A DNA stretch of 64,000 bases from Dendrobates tinctorius (Eukaryota): positions 31,868,001-31,932,000 of the forward strand of contig NW_027361731.1 of assembly GCF_039654945.1 (NCBI RefSeq), read 5' to 3'. A program made the position numbers and the translations under genes. Shown one piece after another: positions 25,475 to 37,898 of this stretch (the first letter of the stretch is position 1; every line of letters starts with the position of its first letter). The notes below the pieces were generated by a model that searched no databases, had not been told where the DNA came from, and worked only from the letters and a program-made list of their open reading frames with translations.

Positions 25475-26703
25475 ATGGCGCCATATTTCCTCAATGTGGA
25501 GATGTTTATTGTCTTAGTGCAGGAGCGGCCAGAAATCTGGGACCAACGTGATGCCCATTATGCCAACCTGGCAAGAAAGGAGGCGTCATGGAGGCGCATA
25601 TGTCGCCAGATGTTCCACGATTTTGGTAATCGGCCACGTGAGGAGCAGCAGCAACTGAGTAAGTACAACCCAAAAACTGTGTAAAATTACCTCACATCAA
25701 AAGATGCATATAGAATCAGTCCCCCCCTTCCTGTGCTTGGACTTTTTTTCCTCATGAGGCCGTTAGATTTTGATGTGACACGTGGTTTTACACTGCCATA
25801 ATTTGGCCCAGGCCACAAGCTCCTCATCCTCCTAGACAACCAAGTTATTAAGTGTAGCTACTTGATACATGAACTATTGTGCCCCTGTGTATCTGGCCTG
25901 GATGCCCCAATTATATATGCCACCCTGGGTAGAAAGCACACCCTAGAAGGCCACATGCCTAGGCTACTGGTAGCAAATGTGACTGATCAAATATGTGAAA
26001 TTGAGAATATTTCCTGTCACATTGCAGTGGAAGATGTGATGAAACGCTGGCGCAGCATCCGCGATCAGTACAGGCGGGAATGTCAGCAGCGGTTCTGGAG
26101 TGGTGATGCGGGCCACATAAAGAGGAAATACATTTATTATGACCGCCTCTCCTTCCTCGCCCCTATTCTGGATCTGGGACCGTAAGTAGATACCTTACAC
26201 CACATTACAAAGATACTTTACAGGGCAAAAAATATTGATTTATTTTTGGCTCTGTTCTATTTCATAACAGAACTCAGTCCAACCTTACGGAGAGAGGAAC
26301 TGGCTCAGATACAGAGCCCATCATTGATCCTGTAGGGGATGAGGTGGCTGGCCCATCTTCTCCCCCTACAAGAAGCATGGGTGAAGAATCCTCGCAGGAA
26401 AACCCAGTGCCTGTGCCACAAACCCCACCACCAGGACCGTCTGCTGCTGCACCATCAGCCATACTGGAGGAGCAGGGCAACATGAGCAGCAGCCCAACTG
26501 CCCAGATCCGGGGCTCCCCACAGCCTGCTGGACTATCCCGGCGAGGAAGAAGAAGGCGCCAGATCCCTGCCCAGGATACACGTACAAATGTGGACACTGG
26601 GGTCCTCAACTATTTGGCTAGAGTCAATACTGATGATGGCGAGGAGGCATACTCGCGCAGCCTGGCCCTTTACCTTCGTGCCCTTTCCCGTGAGGTGAGG
26701 TGA
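25475..26703 (+). CDS. Harbinger MADF (Myb/SANT-like) DNA-binding protein, 3 exons: 25475-25658, 26028-26181, 26271-26703; TGA falls within a BESS-like motif
   Basis: FIVLVQERPEIWDQRDAHY..WRRIC / VMKRWRSIRDQYRRE..KYIYYDRLSFL. GT-AG introns preserve the frame. The frame continues past the TGA (RIRGCFQILLDAC). Confidence 0.85.
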
Positions 26704-27556
26704 CGTATTCGAGGATGTTTTCAGATCCTGCTTGATGCTTGCACACACCCCAATACCCCATATGAATTATTTGAATATCTGGAGAGGTGGCAGCTTTCAC
26801 CCAGAAATCTAATGCGCCTTAGACACCCCACACACATGCTTGCTCAAGCAGGCTCTGAGGATCCTCAAATACGTGGGCCTACACCTCACCCCCTTCCTCC
26901 CCCTACCCAACCTTTACAACACCAGCAACATATGTCTGCCTCTAGCCAACCTCACCAATATGGCCACTTGTTCCCACCCAGTGTTTGAGGCTGGTCCCAA
27001 CCTGGTTGGGGACGACATGGATATATTGGTGGGTATGAGACACGGGCCTACCAGACCCAACAAGATGCCCCTCTTCAGTATCACTCTGGCCAGTACCCAC
27101 AACAATCCCAGGAGGCAGTACACTACCCACATCATGGGCAACAGTATGCCCCCACACAGGGCGATGGGCAAAGTAGCCAGCAGCAACCACAGGCTCGTCT
27201 TCCGCCTTCTCCTTCCCCAACTTTCCACAATTTTTAATGCAGCCATTTTGGTATTGCATGTTTTTTTTTTTTTTTGTCTCTATGTGTGAAAATGTTATTT
27301 TGAACAAATGTTGACATCTGCAAAAAGGCCAATTTGGCCCATTGCCACAGTTCTCATATGGCGATAATATGTTTTGCTTTAAACCCCCCCCCCCTAAAAA
27401 AGGCAAAAGTAAACATTTGTCTACTACATTTAACGTCTCTGTGTCAATTCTAAAAAACAGTGTCAGCATACTAACATACGCTTACCAATGCAATAAAACA
27501 CTCAAAGAATCATGAGGGGTAAAATATATATATTTAGACACACGTAAACCAAAAAA

Positions 27557-29069
27557 TTATAACATAGACACAGCATGCTCTTGCCAAAAAGTTTCACCCT
27601 CAGGTGACATAAAGTAGTTAGTGAAAATATCACGCACTTTGAGCCCAGAGAGCGGTCTACGTTAAGGGTTGATAGGTGGTCTCGCCCTACACACATTGTC
27701 CAACCCACGCACAACACCAGCAGAGGAGGAACAATCATGTATCCTGGTGAAGTTATGAAGAACCACACAGGCTTTAACTACTTCATTAACATTTTGTTCA
27801 CTCAGCTGAATGGCAGACTGGGGTACCCGCCATTTGGCATAAAGAATGCCAAAGGAACACTCCACCAGTCGCCGAGCACGTGATAGGCGCAAGCTAAAAA
27901 TTCTGCGCCGGTGGTCAAGGTTGCGCCGGGGATATGGCCTCATGACATTGCGCGATAACAGAAAGGCCTCATCTGCCACAAGGACATAAGGGACTGATTC
28001 TTGAGTGGAGCCTGGTAGCTGGCGTGGTGGTGGTAGATCCAACTGGTCGGTGCGTAGCCGCCGAGCCATAATGGAAGTATTGAAGACTCGAGAGTCTCCT
28101 GTCCTTCCATAGGCCCCAATGTCAACAATTATAAACTTGTATTGAGGGTCGGCCAGGGCCAACAATACAACAGAAAAGTATTGTTTATAATTGAAGAATT
28201 GGGAGCCAGAGTTCGGCGGTTTATGCACCCGGATATGTTTGCCATCAAGGGCCCCAATACAATTAGGAAACTGGCATTCGTCCCTTGATATCCTCAACCA
28301 GTCTTCCATCCTGGGCTCGGGCATGACGAGTTGATGTAGTCTTGACCATATTTCACTACATGTCGACCTGACTATGCCAGAAATGGTAGATCTTCCAATC
28401 AAGAACTCATGGTGGAGGGCGGCATAAGACAGGCCAGTGGACAGGAAGCTGAAGAACAACAGAAAAGGGACATTTTAGAATGCACAAATTAAACAAAAAA
28501 CAGGTACATACTGTACATACCAAACTTGTTAGGATTTCATATCTACTAACACACACATATTTGGTCGCACAATCACTACGTGATATTCAGTACATATTAC
28601 ACATAACATTCTGGTCTGTAAGTTTCAACATATCTGGAATAAGATGAGGGCATTAAAATGAGTCCATGAAGCAATAAATACATACTTTGGGCAACACCTC
28701 ATGAACATAGAGAATGTGGTTGTGTAGTACATACCGTATTGTGAGTAGAAGTCGCTCCTCTGCAGATATCGCTTTGCGCATCCTTGTGTCCTGAAAGGTG
28801 ATCCCAGGGCGCAGTGTCTCCAAGAGTCGATCAAATGTTGCAAGGCTCATGCGACAGTATTGGTAGAATTTGATAGGATGCTCCCGCAGAGAAGAATAGA
28901 GGCGGTGAAAATGACCTCTTGTGAGTCGTTGCCTCAAAAGTGGATGTACCCACATGCGTCTCCTCCTCCGCGGATCCACTATCACAGGGTATGGTTGGCC
29001 AAAGCGGCATGACAAAAGCCAGTTGAAGAGAACCTGCTCAGTTGTGTTGAAGCTCAGTCTGTCTGCCAT
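27557..29069 (-). CDS. Harbinger (DDE_Tnp_4/HARBI1-like) transposase, 2 exons: 29069-28735 and 28448-27557; in-frame TAA at 27662-27664
   Basis: MWVHP, FYQYCRMS..TFD.LL, AISAEERLLLTIR|FLSTG across a GT-AG intron. Catalytic motifs CIGALDGKH, LVADEAF and LVECSFGIL. The conserved tail VRDIFTNYF..G...WQ is in frame after the stop. Confidence 0.92.
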
Positions 29070-29784
29070 GTTGCACATACAACACCAACACACATAGTGA
29101 AGGCAAGGTCACAAATGGACAGAATGGAGGCAGCCACCTGTTCCTGAGCCAATAAATAGGGTGCAGGCTAATGATTTAAATAGATAGCAGGCCTCAAAAC
29201 CATTAAATGTCCATTTTGCAAGCCTGCGAGAAAATCTCGCAATACGGATTCCATACGGATTACATACAGATGCTGACATGCGCAAAATACGTGATCACAC
29301 CTTGCTTACGGATGACATACGGAGCACTGTTTAGGGGTCATTCATCCGTATTACGCATGTAAACTATGGACCGTATTTTGCGTCGGTTAGTGTGACCCCG
29401 GCCTTAGTAGGGGAAACGCAGAGGATACAGCAGGTCCACATTTTGGTCATCCAAGAAGGTTAGTATAACACTAATACTGGCGGCCCTGCATAATCCATCG
29501 CTCCCCTTCATGCAGGGATGCCGACATTCTCATCGTCCCAGCAACACGGTGAGCTCCCCATCTCCAGCTTCCTACTCTGTGCACATTGCACAGGCTCCCC
29601 GGCGGCATGCCTAGTGTGCGCTTGCTCCGCTGTTCCTAAAGGGGTGGTGCACACACTTTGAAAATGCCAATAGCTGCGTGCCATCTTGTATAAAAAGCAC
29701 CATCCCCAGTAGGAGGTGCTTGAGAAATATTCTCCCTTAGTACTGTAGCTTTGTTGCAACTAGTGGGTTGCCGGGTCCCTGTCC

Positions 29785-31490
29785 CTTAACCCGAATCTCT
29801 GGTCCTTGTGTGGCCAGATCCTGAACCTTATCCGACGGTCCTTGTGTAGCCAGAGCCTGAACCCGAACCCCTGGTCATTGTGTAGCCAGAGCCTGAACCC
29901 GAACCCCCTGTCCTTGTGTAGCCAGGGGATGAACCCAAACCCCTGGTCCTTGTGTGGCCGGAGCCTGAACCCAAATCTCTGGTCTTTGTGTGGCCAGAGG
30001 CTGAACCCGAACCTCTGGTCCTTGTGTGGCCAGAGCCTGAACCCAAATCTCTGGTCATTGTGTAGCCAGAGCCTGAACCCGAACCCCCTGTCCTTGTGTA
30101 GCCAGGGGATGAACCCAAACCCCTGGTCCTTGTGTGGCCAGAGCCTGAACCCAAATCTCTGGTCTTTGTGTGGCCAGAGGCTGAACCCGAACCTCTGGTC
30201 CTTGTGTGGCCAGAGCCTGAACCCAAATCTCTGGTCATTGTGTAGCCAGAGCCTGAACCCGAACCCCCTGTCCTTGTGTAGCCAGGGGATGAACCCAAAC
30301 CCCTGGTCCTTGTGTGGCCAGAGCCTGAACCCAAATCTCTGGTCTTTGTGTGGTCAGAGGCTGAACCCGAACCTCTGGTCCTTGTGTGGCCAGAGCCTAA
30401 ACCCCTGGTCCCTGTGTAGCCAGAGGCTGAACCCGAACCCCTTGTCCTTGTGTAGGTAGGGTAGGGCCCAGATTGGGGTGGTGGTCCACTGCTTACCGCG
30501 ACCAGACGACACAGACACGAGACGGAGGCAGATTTTGGCTGCAACAGGTCCGAGTTTATTGGCCGTCCTTCTGACGACCGGAGCCATACACCGCAGCACC
30601 TTCACAGCTCTCTGTATTCAGGCCCGGGTACCTGCACCTTCCGTCTTAGTGACGTTCCTCGCGGCTCTTTCGCTGGGGCTGCCCTAGGCCTATCTACCGT
30701 TAGCGCTTCACCAGTCCGAGGTCGTCGTCCGTTTGGTACCCCCCCGTGGCCTTGTCTGTTCTGCGGTTCTTTGTGTCGGGGCCACCCCCCTGATTGTCTC
30801 TTCACCTCAGTCCTCTGATCAAGCTCTCCACCGTTGTCCATTCTCCATACTGTCTCTTCTCCTCCCTCTGGAACCCACTCCTGTACTATTTATCTCCCTC
30901 CTCGGGAAATCCCCTCCTGGGTTCCTATTTCCCCGCCCCCCATGACTAAGCGTTTCCATAGCCCTAAGCTGCTGTCAAGTCCTGTTCTCACGCTCCCCCC
31001 TGCCATCTTGTGGTCAAACTTAGGTACTGCACTTCTTTTCCATTTTCCCCAGCTGTTTCCCTTCTGTTACTACAAACATCCGTCTACAGTGCACCAACCG
31101 TCCCTCTCCCTACAGACAAGTCCGTCTGTCAGGTCACCTTCCCTACACTTGTGTAGCCAGAGGATGAATCCAAACCCCTAGTCCTTGTGTGGCCAGAGCC
31201 TGAACCCATATCTCTGGTCCTTGTGTGGCCAGAAGCTGAACCCGAACCTCTGGTCCTTGTGTGGCCAGAGGCTGAACCTGAACCTCTGGTCCTTGTGTAG
31301 CCAGAGCCTGAACCCGAACCCCTGGTCCCTGTGTAGCCAGAGGCTGAACCTGAACCCCTGGTCCTTGTGAACCCGAACTCCTGACCCTTGTGTAGCCAGT
31401 GCCTGAAACCAACACTCTGGTCCTTGTGTGGCCAGAAGCTGAACCCAAACCCCTGGTCCTTGTGTAGCCAGGGTTTCAACCCGAACCTGT
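29785..31490. repeat. 36-bp minisatellite with a 180-bp higher-order repeat, split by a solo LTR
   Basis: Unit tccttgtgtagccagagcctgaacccgaacccctgg. Segments 29785-30450 and 31148-31490. Confidence 0.93.
30451..31147 (-). mobile_element. Solo LTR (697 bp)
   Basis: TGTAGG...CCTACA termini, 4-bp TSD CTTG (30447-30450 / 31148-31151), AATAAA on the minus strand at ~30555. Confidence 0.85.
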
Positions 31491-32586
31491 TGTAGTTTCC
31501 CTTGTGGTATTATCCCTAACCTGTCCCTGAGATCTGTGAGGCCACACTGGCGGTACCTGAACCCTGAAGCCGCATCGGCGGTACCCAAACCTGAAACTGT
31601 TCCGATGATACTTGAATCAGTATCGCTGTCTGTCCTGGCTAGTGTCCTAGAGTCCGAACTGTCGGAGCTTGTTCCAGGATTCGTATCAAGCACTGTCTGT
31701 GACTCTCTGTCAGTATCCATTCTGCCCGAGGACCCAGAACCTGTGTAGTCTGAATGGAGATCAAATCCGGTCCTGCCAGATACTCCGAGCCCAGTCTTTG
31801 TTTGCTATCCTGACTTCTGGGGTCAGAAGCTGCAGTACTGGGGACTGCCTAGGAGTGGTACCTGGTGGCTACCGGCAGCTCAAACCTGACTCCACCATCT
31901 GAAGCTCCAGTGAAAACCAGAAACCATGTAACCGCGTAGCTACGCCCCTCCTAGGTAAGCCCAGCCCTGTGGAAGGGTGGATACAAGAACCACATTGTCA
32001 TTGTTAACCAATGGCGTCACAAAGTAGGACACTGCTAGTTATGTGGGGGATAGGCCAGGGGTAGGTGTGCTCACTTAAGTATGGCCATTCCCCGGTCACT
32101 TAGGATACTCATCAGCAGAATTAGCCCTCACAGAAGAAGACCTGGGCTGTTCATAGTGCTACATGGACCTCTTTTCTTCTGCTGTCACGACGACTCTTTG
32201 GTAGTGCCCCATGTATCCATTCCAGGTGACCTAATACTTGAGTAAGAATAGCTTTGTGCCTCTCCATAGCACCTTCGCCGTGAGGCTCTGCTCCAGGTTG
32301 CGATATCCTAATCTGTGGCCACTATTCTTATCTTGGAAGATTTTGCAACATATCAAAGTTTTCTTGGCCATAACTGCAATGTGAATGCAGAGCAAGGTGC
32401 AGGCACGCACTGAGGTGGTTACATGTATACTTCATCCTGTGATACGAGCAGTCAGAAGATACCGGATGTGACTCAGAACTTTATGGGAAGGAATCTACTA
32501 AATATCACAACATCCCCTTGATAACGGAAAGTACCAGATGCCTCCTCAATGTTGGCACACGTCAGGTCTAAGGTGTGGCCACTGAT

Positions 32587-32603
32587 GGTTTCTCTTTCAT
32601 TTC
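32587..32603. promoter_or_regulatory. Candidate ISRE/IRF element upstream of TRIM gene 2
   Basis: GGTTTCTCTTTCATTTC matches RGTTTCNNTTTC and lies 16 bp upstream of the ATG. Confidence 0.55.
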
Positions 32604-32619
32604 TGTCTGACATTTAACT

Positions 32620-34197
32620 ATGGCAGATCTAGCAGCTGAACTTACATGCCCGATCTGCTTAGACATATTTAAGGATCCTGTAACCCTAAGGTGTGGACAC
32701 AACTTCTGCTGGAAATGCATTGACCATGCACTGGACTCCAAGAGGTCAAGAGTCTACATGTGTCCTCAGTGCAGGAAAAGATTCAAAGAACGGCCCGCCC
32801 TAACCAAGAACACAAACCTCAGTAACATCGCAGAACAATTCCATTCTGCTCAGCCTGATAATGATGACCCCGAGATCTTCTGCAATTACTGTGACCTTCC
32901 TTCTCCTGCCATAAAAACATGTATGCAATGCGAAACCTCCATGTGTGAGAGACATCTCAGAAGCCACAACAGGTCAGTGAGGCACACGTTAATTGATCCC
33001 ACCACTTCCCTGGCTAAAAGAAGGTGCCCCATCCATAATAAGATCTTGGGGTATTACTGCACAGTGGATGGTACCTGTATCTGCTTGTCCTGCGCCATGG
33101 CCAAAGAACACTGGGAACACCAGGTGGATCCACTGATGGAGGCCTCTGAGAAGAAGAAGGAGGAACTGAGAAAGATTCTTGGGGCAATGAATGTGAAAAC
33201 TGAGGAGACTGAGAGAAAAGTACAAACTTTGCAAGAAGAAATAAGAAAAGTCCAAGAAAAGGCCAATGTCGTAACTCGGAGAGTCCAGGATCGGTTTAGA
33301 CTAATCGTGAGGGAACTCCAAGTCCTGGAAGAAACGCTCATCAGAGACATTTTCCAAATGAAAGAACAGCAATTAAATGCTTACAATGAACTGATCTCAG
33401 ACTTGCAGAAGCAGAACGTAGAGCTGCTCAAGAGTAAGTGTCACATTGAGGAGCTGTGTAACATGACTGATCCATATATCGTCCTACAGGAAAAGCAGTC
33501 AGGTGTGGGGAGCTCATGTGACTCCATAGAAGAAGAAAGGAGACCTAAACTGTTACACAATGCCGGTGGTCTGGACCTGCACCCAATCTCAAAGACATTG
33601 CAAATTGGGTTAGGAGACATAATGGAAGGACTGAACTTCTGGTTCTATACACAGAAACCTGCAAACATATACCTGGACATAAACTCAGCGTCTCATCATC
33701 TCCAGATGTCAGACGACCTGAAGACTGTCACCTATGTAGAATCTCACCACAATCTTCCGGACAAAGACGAAAGATTTGGGGGTGACCAGGTCATAAGTAC
33801 GAGAAGTTTTTCTTCAGGAAGACATTACTGGGAGGTGGAGATCAGAGACTCTGAGAACTGGGGAGTAGGGGTGTGCTACTCCAGCATGGACAGGAAGGGT
33901 GACCAGTCAAGGCTTGGATGTAATAACAAGTCATGGTGTCTGCAGAGGAGCCATAATGGTCTTGTGGCAGAGCATAATGGCCATTCGTGTTCTCTACCCT
34001 ATAGGACATTCTGTAGTAGGGTGAGGGTCTATCTGGATTACAACAATGGACGTCTGTCCTTTTATGAAGTCAGTGACGCTGTTAAACACGTGTACACCAT
34101 CTCCACCACCTTCACCGAGCCCCTTCACGCTGCTTTCATGGTGCAGAACAATTGGTTGAGAATCAAGAATTGGGAGGAAAGACTGAAGAGTGCCTGA
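32620..34197 (+). CDS. Intronless TRIM E3 ligase 2 (RING, two B-boxes, coiled-coil, PRY-SPRY), 525 aa
   Basis: ELTCPICLDIFKDPVTLRCGHNFCWKC..CPQC; CPIHNKILGYYC..CICLSC..EHWEH; RSFSSGRHYWEVE..VYLDY..GRLSFY..FTEPLHAAF. Confidence 0.96.
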   Translation: MADLAAELTCPICLDIFKDPVTLRCGHNFCWKCIDHALDSKRSRVYMCPQCRKRFKERPALTKNTNLSNIAEQFHSAQPDNDDPEIFCNYCDLPSPAIKTCMQCETSMCERHLRSHNRSVRHTLIDPTTSLAKRRCPIHNKILGYYCTVDGTCICLSCAMAKEHWEHQVDPLMEASEKKKEELRKILGAMNVKTEETERKVQTLQEEIRKVQEKANVVTRRVQDRFRLIVRELQVLEETLIRDIFQMKEQQLNAYNELISDLQKQNVELLKSKCHIEELCNMTDPYIVLQEKQSGVGSSCDSIEEERRPKLLHNAGGLDLHPISKTLQIGLGDIMEGLNFWFYTQKPANIYLDINSASHHLQMSDDLKTVTYVESHHNLPDKDERFGGDQVISTRSFSSGRHYWEVEIRDSENWGVGVCYSSMDRKGDQSRLGCNNKSWCLQRSHNGLVAEHNGHSCSLPYRTFCSRVRVYLDYNNGRLSFYEVSDAVKHVYTISTTFTEPLHAAFMVQNNWLRIKNWEERLKSA

Positions 34198-37100
34198 TCT
34201 TCCAGGTCAGGTCCGCACACTGACACCCCAAAAATAATGGACCTGGAAATATGATTTATGCGATTAGCATCGGCCCTTGTTTTTTCTTATCCAGTTTTGG
34301 TGACATTTTAACCCATTGCAAATTACACTTTCAGCCAGTCAATGACAGCCGTCATCTGGAAAGAAGATGCGATGTTGACGTCTTTGGCCAGACTTCACAA
34401 AAGGTCCACATTCCCTGGATGTCCTTTCATTCTTTTCTCGGGGTCTGTTTTAATGACTGTAACAACCAGTGAATGGGTTTGTCGGCAAAACGATTCTTTA
34501 GTGGATGATCGTGTGCTCAATGGGTGGTCAACCATCACCGGACTGCTATGTAATGTGTGCGACCTGCTTTATACTTTGCTTACGCTCTCTGGTGGGAATA
34601 TGTGAGTATCGTATGGTATTATGGTTTTTACTGTATAACATTATTATATAGGTACTACATACCTAAAATAGTTCATTACGAAACTCTGTAACCAAGGTCG
34701 CCATACACGAGATGAAAGTCTGCCAATGTCAACGGGACTGGCCAACCACCTGATGTGTATGGGGGCCTCCTGACTCTTCCCCGACATATGATGTCTGGAA
34801 ACAGAAGGATTGAGCAGTTGGGATTACACCATCTGATCCTTTTGTTTTCAGTGAGAATGAGCAGGACTAAACATTTCTAAAGGTCCATTACATGCACAAC
34901 TCCAGTGTCCAGATTTTGTCCCCGCTGCTCCTCTTAGTATTTGTTATTTCTTTTTACATTTCCAATTTTGCATTTGGTTCCTTTCTATTTACTGCAATGC
35001 CTCTGGTCTTTGCCAAAAGGGTAGTGCTCACAGGATCCTCGGGGGTGTGTCTTTAAACTGCTCTGCCCAATTACAGTGTGAGCCATGCCTACATGAAAAA
35101 AGACCATAACAATTAACAATAAAAAGACCCAAATTTCTGGGATTGAAGGATTTGATAAATTTGTGCCGGTTGTGATGAAAGATTAGAATAAAGAAGTGTT
35201 AATACATGAAGTTCAAGCTCCTCGGTACATTTTTGATGGGTCTGCTGGGGGTCACAAAAGACTCTGTACTCAATTGACCTATAGTTTTCTGGGATGTACC
35301 AGATTTTTTAGGATTTCCCATCAATGTGTGGTCAATGGTGGTCCGATTCTGGGCAGTCAACAGAACAAGGGTACCTGGCCCCTGCTGGTGCCCTACGGCC
35401 CCTTACATGGAGAACCAGACACCTCTCAACATGAAGATAATCGGCGCTAACTGGATATACCAGACGCAGCACCACAAACGGTGAGTCTTTGGGTTACCCA
35501 TCTGTAGGGGAGAAATGTTATTTTTCCTTCAAGTTAAGAAAGAATTTTTGATTTTGTGATTTTATCAGAGTTTTGGGAACCAGTGCAGTCAGGACCAGGT
35601 ACACGTAGACCAACACATAATAGTAATAGTTACAGTGGCGATCAATGTAGAAAGGAGAGGGCAATGGAGGTGTCACTAGGAGGTCACTAAAGCCATGGTT
35701 CGGGTGCTGTTAAGCTACCTTCAAGCTCCAGGTTAGGGGCGCACGGTTTCTTGACATATCTGACAATAGTGGTGTCCTTGAGTTTATGACACCTACAAGC
35801 CCATATGTTCAGGGATGGTAGAGTTTTACAAGACAATTTGTGGGACAACCCTTAAGTCATGGAGTCTCTTTTGGGCACCTTGAGAATTAGGCCTCCTAAT
35901 ATAGATAATTGTGGATATTTCTGTGTCCACATTGGATTCTTAAAACTTGGGGTCTATGGATGAATAACCCTTTTATGGCTCCAAGAGTTATGGATCCTTA
36001 AAGGGAACCCATCATCAGAACAACAGAACCAAAAAAAATTGCAGAACCACATTTGGATTTTACAGATCCAAAACTTGACAAAAAAACAGATGTCTCATTG
36101 TACAGATTTTTTTTCTTGTGAAAAATTAGAAAAAAAAATCAACGGAGATGTGCACAGACCCATAGGCTATAATGGGTGTCATAAACTCACTTGTCCACTC
36201 ACCTATTGCAAAACTCAGCGCTCCCCATAGCCAGTTCACACTTCTACACCACACTTTTTGCTGTCACCACTCAGTTTTGTTGGGCAGCGAGATGCTTGTC
36301 CTGTGATACACACTAGAACACGCACACAAAGCTGATCCAAGCACCTGACAATATGATTGCACTCTGGTATAGATAGGGTAACACAAACAGGATATACTTT
36401 CCCTCTTCGCGATTGTAGGTACGTTTAGAGCCGCAAGAAACAATCTTATTGAATTTTACATTTAATCTGGAAAAAGAATTACAGAGTTTACAAATTTTAA
36501 AAAGATGAAATAATAAAAAGACACACTGTACATAGAAGGCAGAGGAGATCACCACAGAAGCTGGGACAAATCTACAATTCTCATCATCTTTCCTGGATGT
36601 GACATAATTTTTCTTAGATAGAATTTAATATGTTGGAACCAGACCCTTCACCACTCCTCGTGGTCAGAAAGATGGGCGCAGGACATGATTACTTATTTGT
36701 CAGATTTTCACACAGGAACCTCTTCGTGGAATAACTTGTCCACCATATTTCCAAGTCCTCATGGTTGAACTCACAGAAGCGATTATGCTCCCCGATCACA
36801 GATATATCCATGAATGGTGTGGACATCAGATTATTCCAGATTTGGTATATGAATATTGCATTACCATTGTGCCATATGATGTCCCTGGTGTGCTAGAGAT
36901 GTACTGTCCACCTTAGGAGCCATCAAATTCTCTTGCCTATTTTGTCACCCCTCGTTCTAACATTTGTGCTTCTTACCACTGTCGGAAGCAGCGGTGGAGA
37001 GCCAACACTAAAGCAGGGGAAGATCATAGTGCCATGGATCTTGCCATGCTTTGCACCATTTCTAAATGACTAGTGTGCCCCTCGATTTTTTTTTTTACCC

Positions 37101-37200
37101 TTCTTGCCCCAAATGGGCAATAGCTCCTGTTAGTGAACAAGATGGTGCAGGAGAGATGGGGATCAGCGGTAATATCTGCCCAGCTCCAGGCGCTGCCTTA

Positions 37201-37552
37201 GGGTAAGTGCACACGTTGCGGATTGTGCTGCGGATTTTTCCGCGCGTATTTGGCTAAATCCGCAGGTCAAAAGACATGCGTTTCACCTGCGGATTAGCCT
37301 GCGGTTTTCCCCTGCGTTTTGATACCTGGTAATGGAGCAGGTGTCAAACCGCTGTGGATTCCGCACAAAGAATTGACATGCTGTGGATTTAAAACTGCAG
37401 CAAATCCGCGCGGAAACGTCCGCAGCATGTGCACAGCGTTTTTTTATTTCCATTGAATTTATAGGTACTGTACAACGCAGCAAAATCTGCTGCAGATCCG
37501 CAGGGCCAAAAACACGGACCTGCAGCAGAATCCGCAACGTGTGCACACACCC
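37201..37552. mobile_element. PIF/Harbinger-type MITE (352 bp), related to 8649-9001
   Basis: TIRs GGGTAAGTGCACACGTTGCGGATT / AATCCGCAACGTGTGCACACACCC, TTA TSD (37198-37200 / 37553-37555). Confidence 0.88.
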
Positions 37553-37898
37553 TTATGCGCCTATTGCGCATTTCATAGAGGATGAAATTTTCGTGCGTTC
37601 TGCTTTTTTTCCACAAGATGGCGAACTCAGCTGGCAACCGCGTAATTTTCAACACAGCTGACGGTCTGGTGTTCCGTTCTCACAGAGAAAGAGACACAGA
37701 AAAAAAAAAGGTACGTCTGTGCATTCAGGGCATAACCGCGAGGCGAAACCTGCCGTAGACGTCAAAACCCTTTTATTATACCCCCCAAAAAAAAGTTACG
37801 CCAAAAGAAGAATTGAGACTTTTCCCAGCGGGAGTGGAACAATCCTGACCATTGACCTTTGGATTTGCCAAATAAAGAGACACTTCCTGATTGCAAGT

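Larger units (their letters stand above)
24653..29403. mobile_element. Full-length PIF/Harbinger DNA transposon (4751 bp)
   Basis: Perfect 16-bp TIRs GGCCGGGGTCACACTA, TTA TSD (24650-24652 / 29404-29406), convergent MADF and DDE transposase genes. Confidence 0.96.
29407..32010 (+). mobile_element. Probable long LTR with internal tandem repeats; may start at 24624 (TGTAGGA), with the Harbinger inserted near its 5' end
   Basis: TATAAAA at ~29689, an internal 36-bp array, and a following TGGCG (PBS-like) at ~32012. No TSD found. Confidence 0.45.

Noticed and set aside
27557-29069. Domesticated HARBI1 gene
   Set aside because: It lies within TIRs and a TSD alongside a MADF partner and carries a nonsense codon, so it is a transposon copy.
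37719-37898. 60-aa N-terminal extension of TRIM gene 3
   Set aside because: It has a non-ATG start and no homology. The paralogs start at the position equivalent to ATG 37899.
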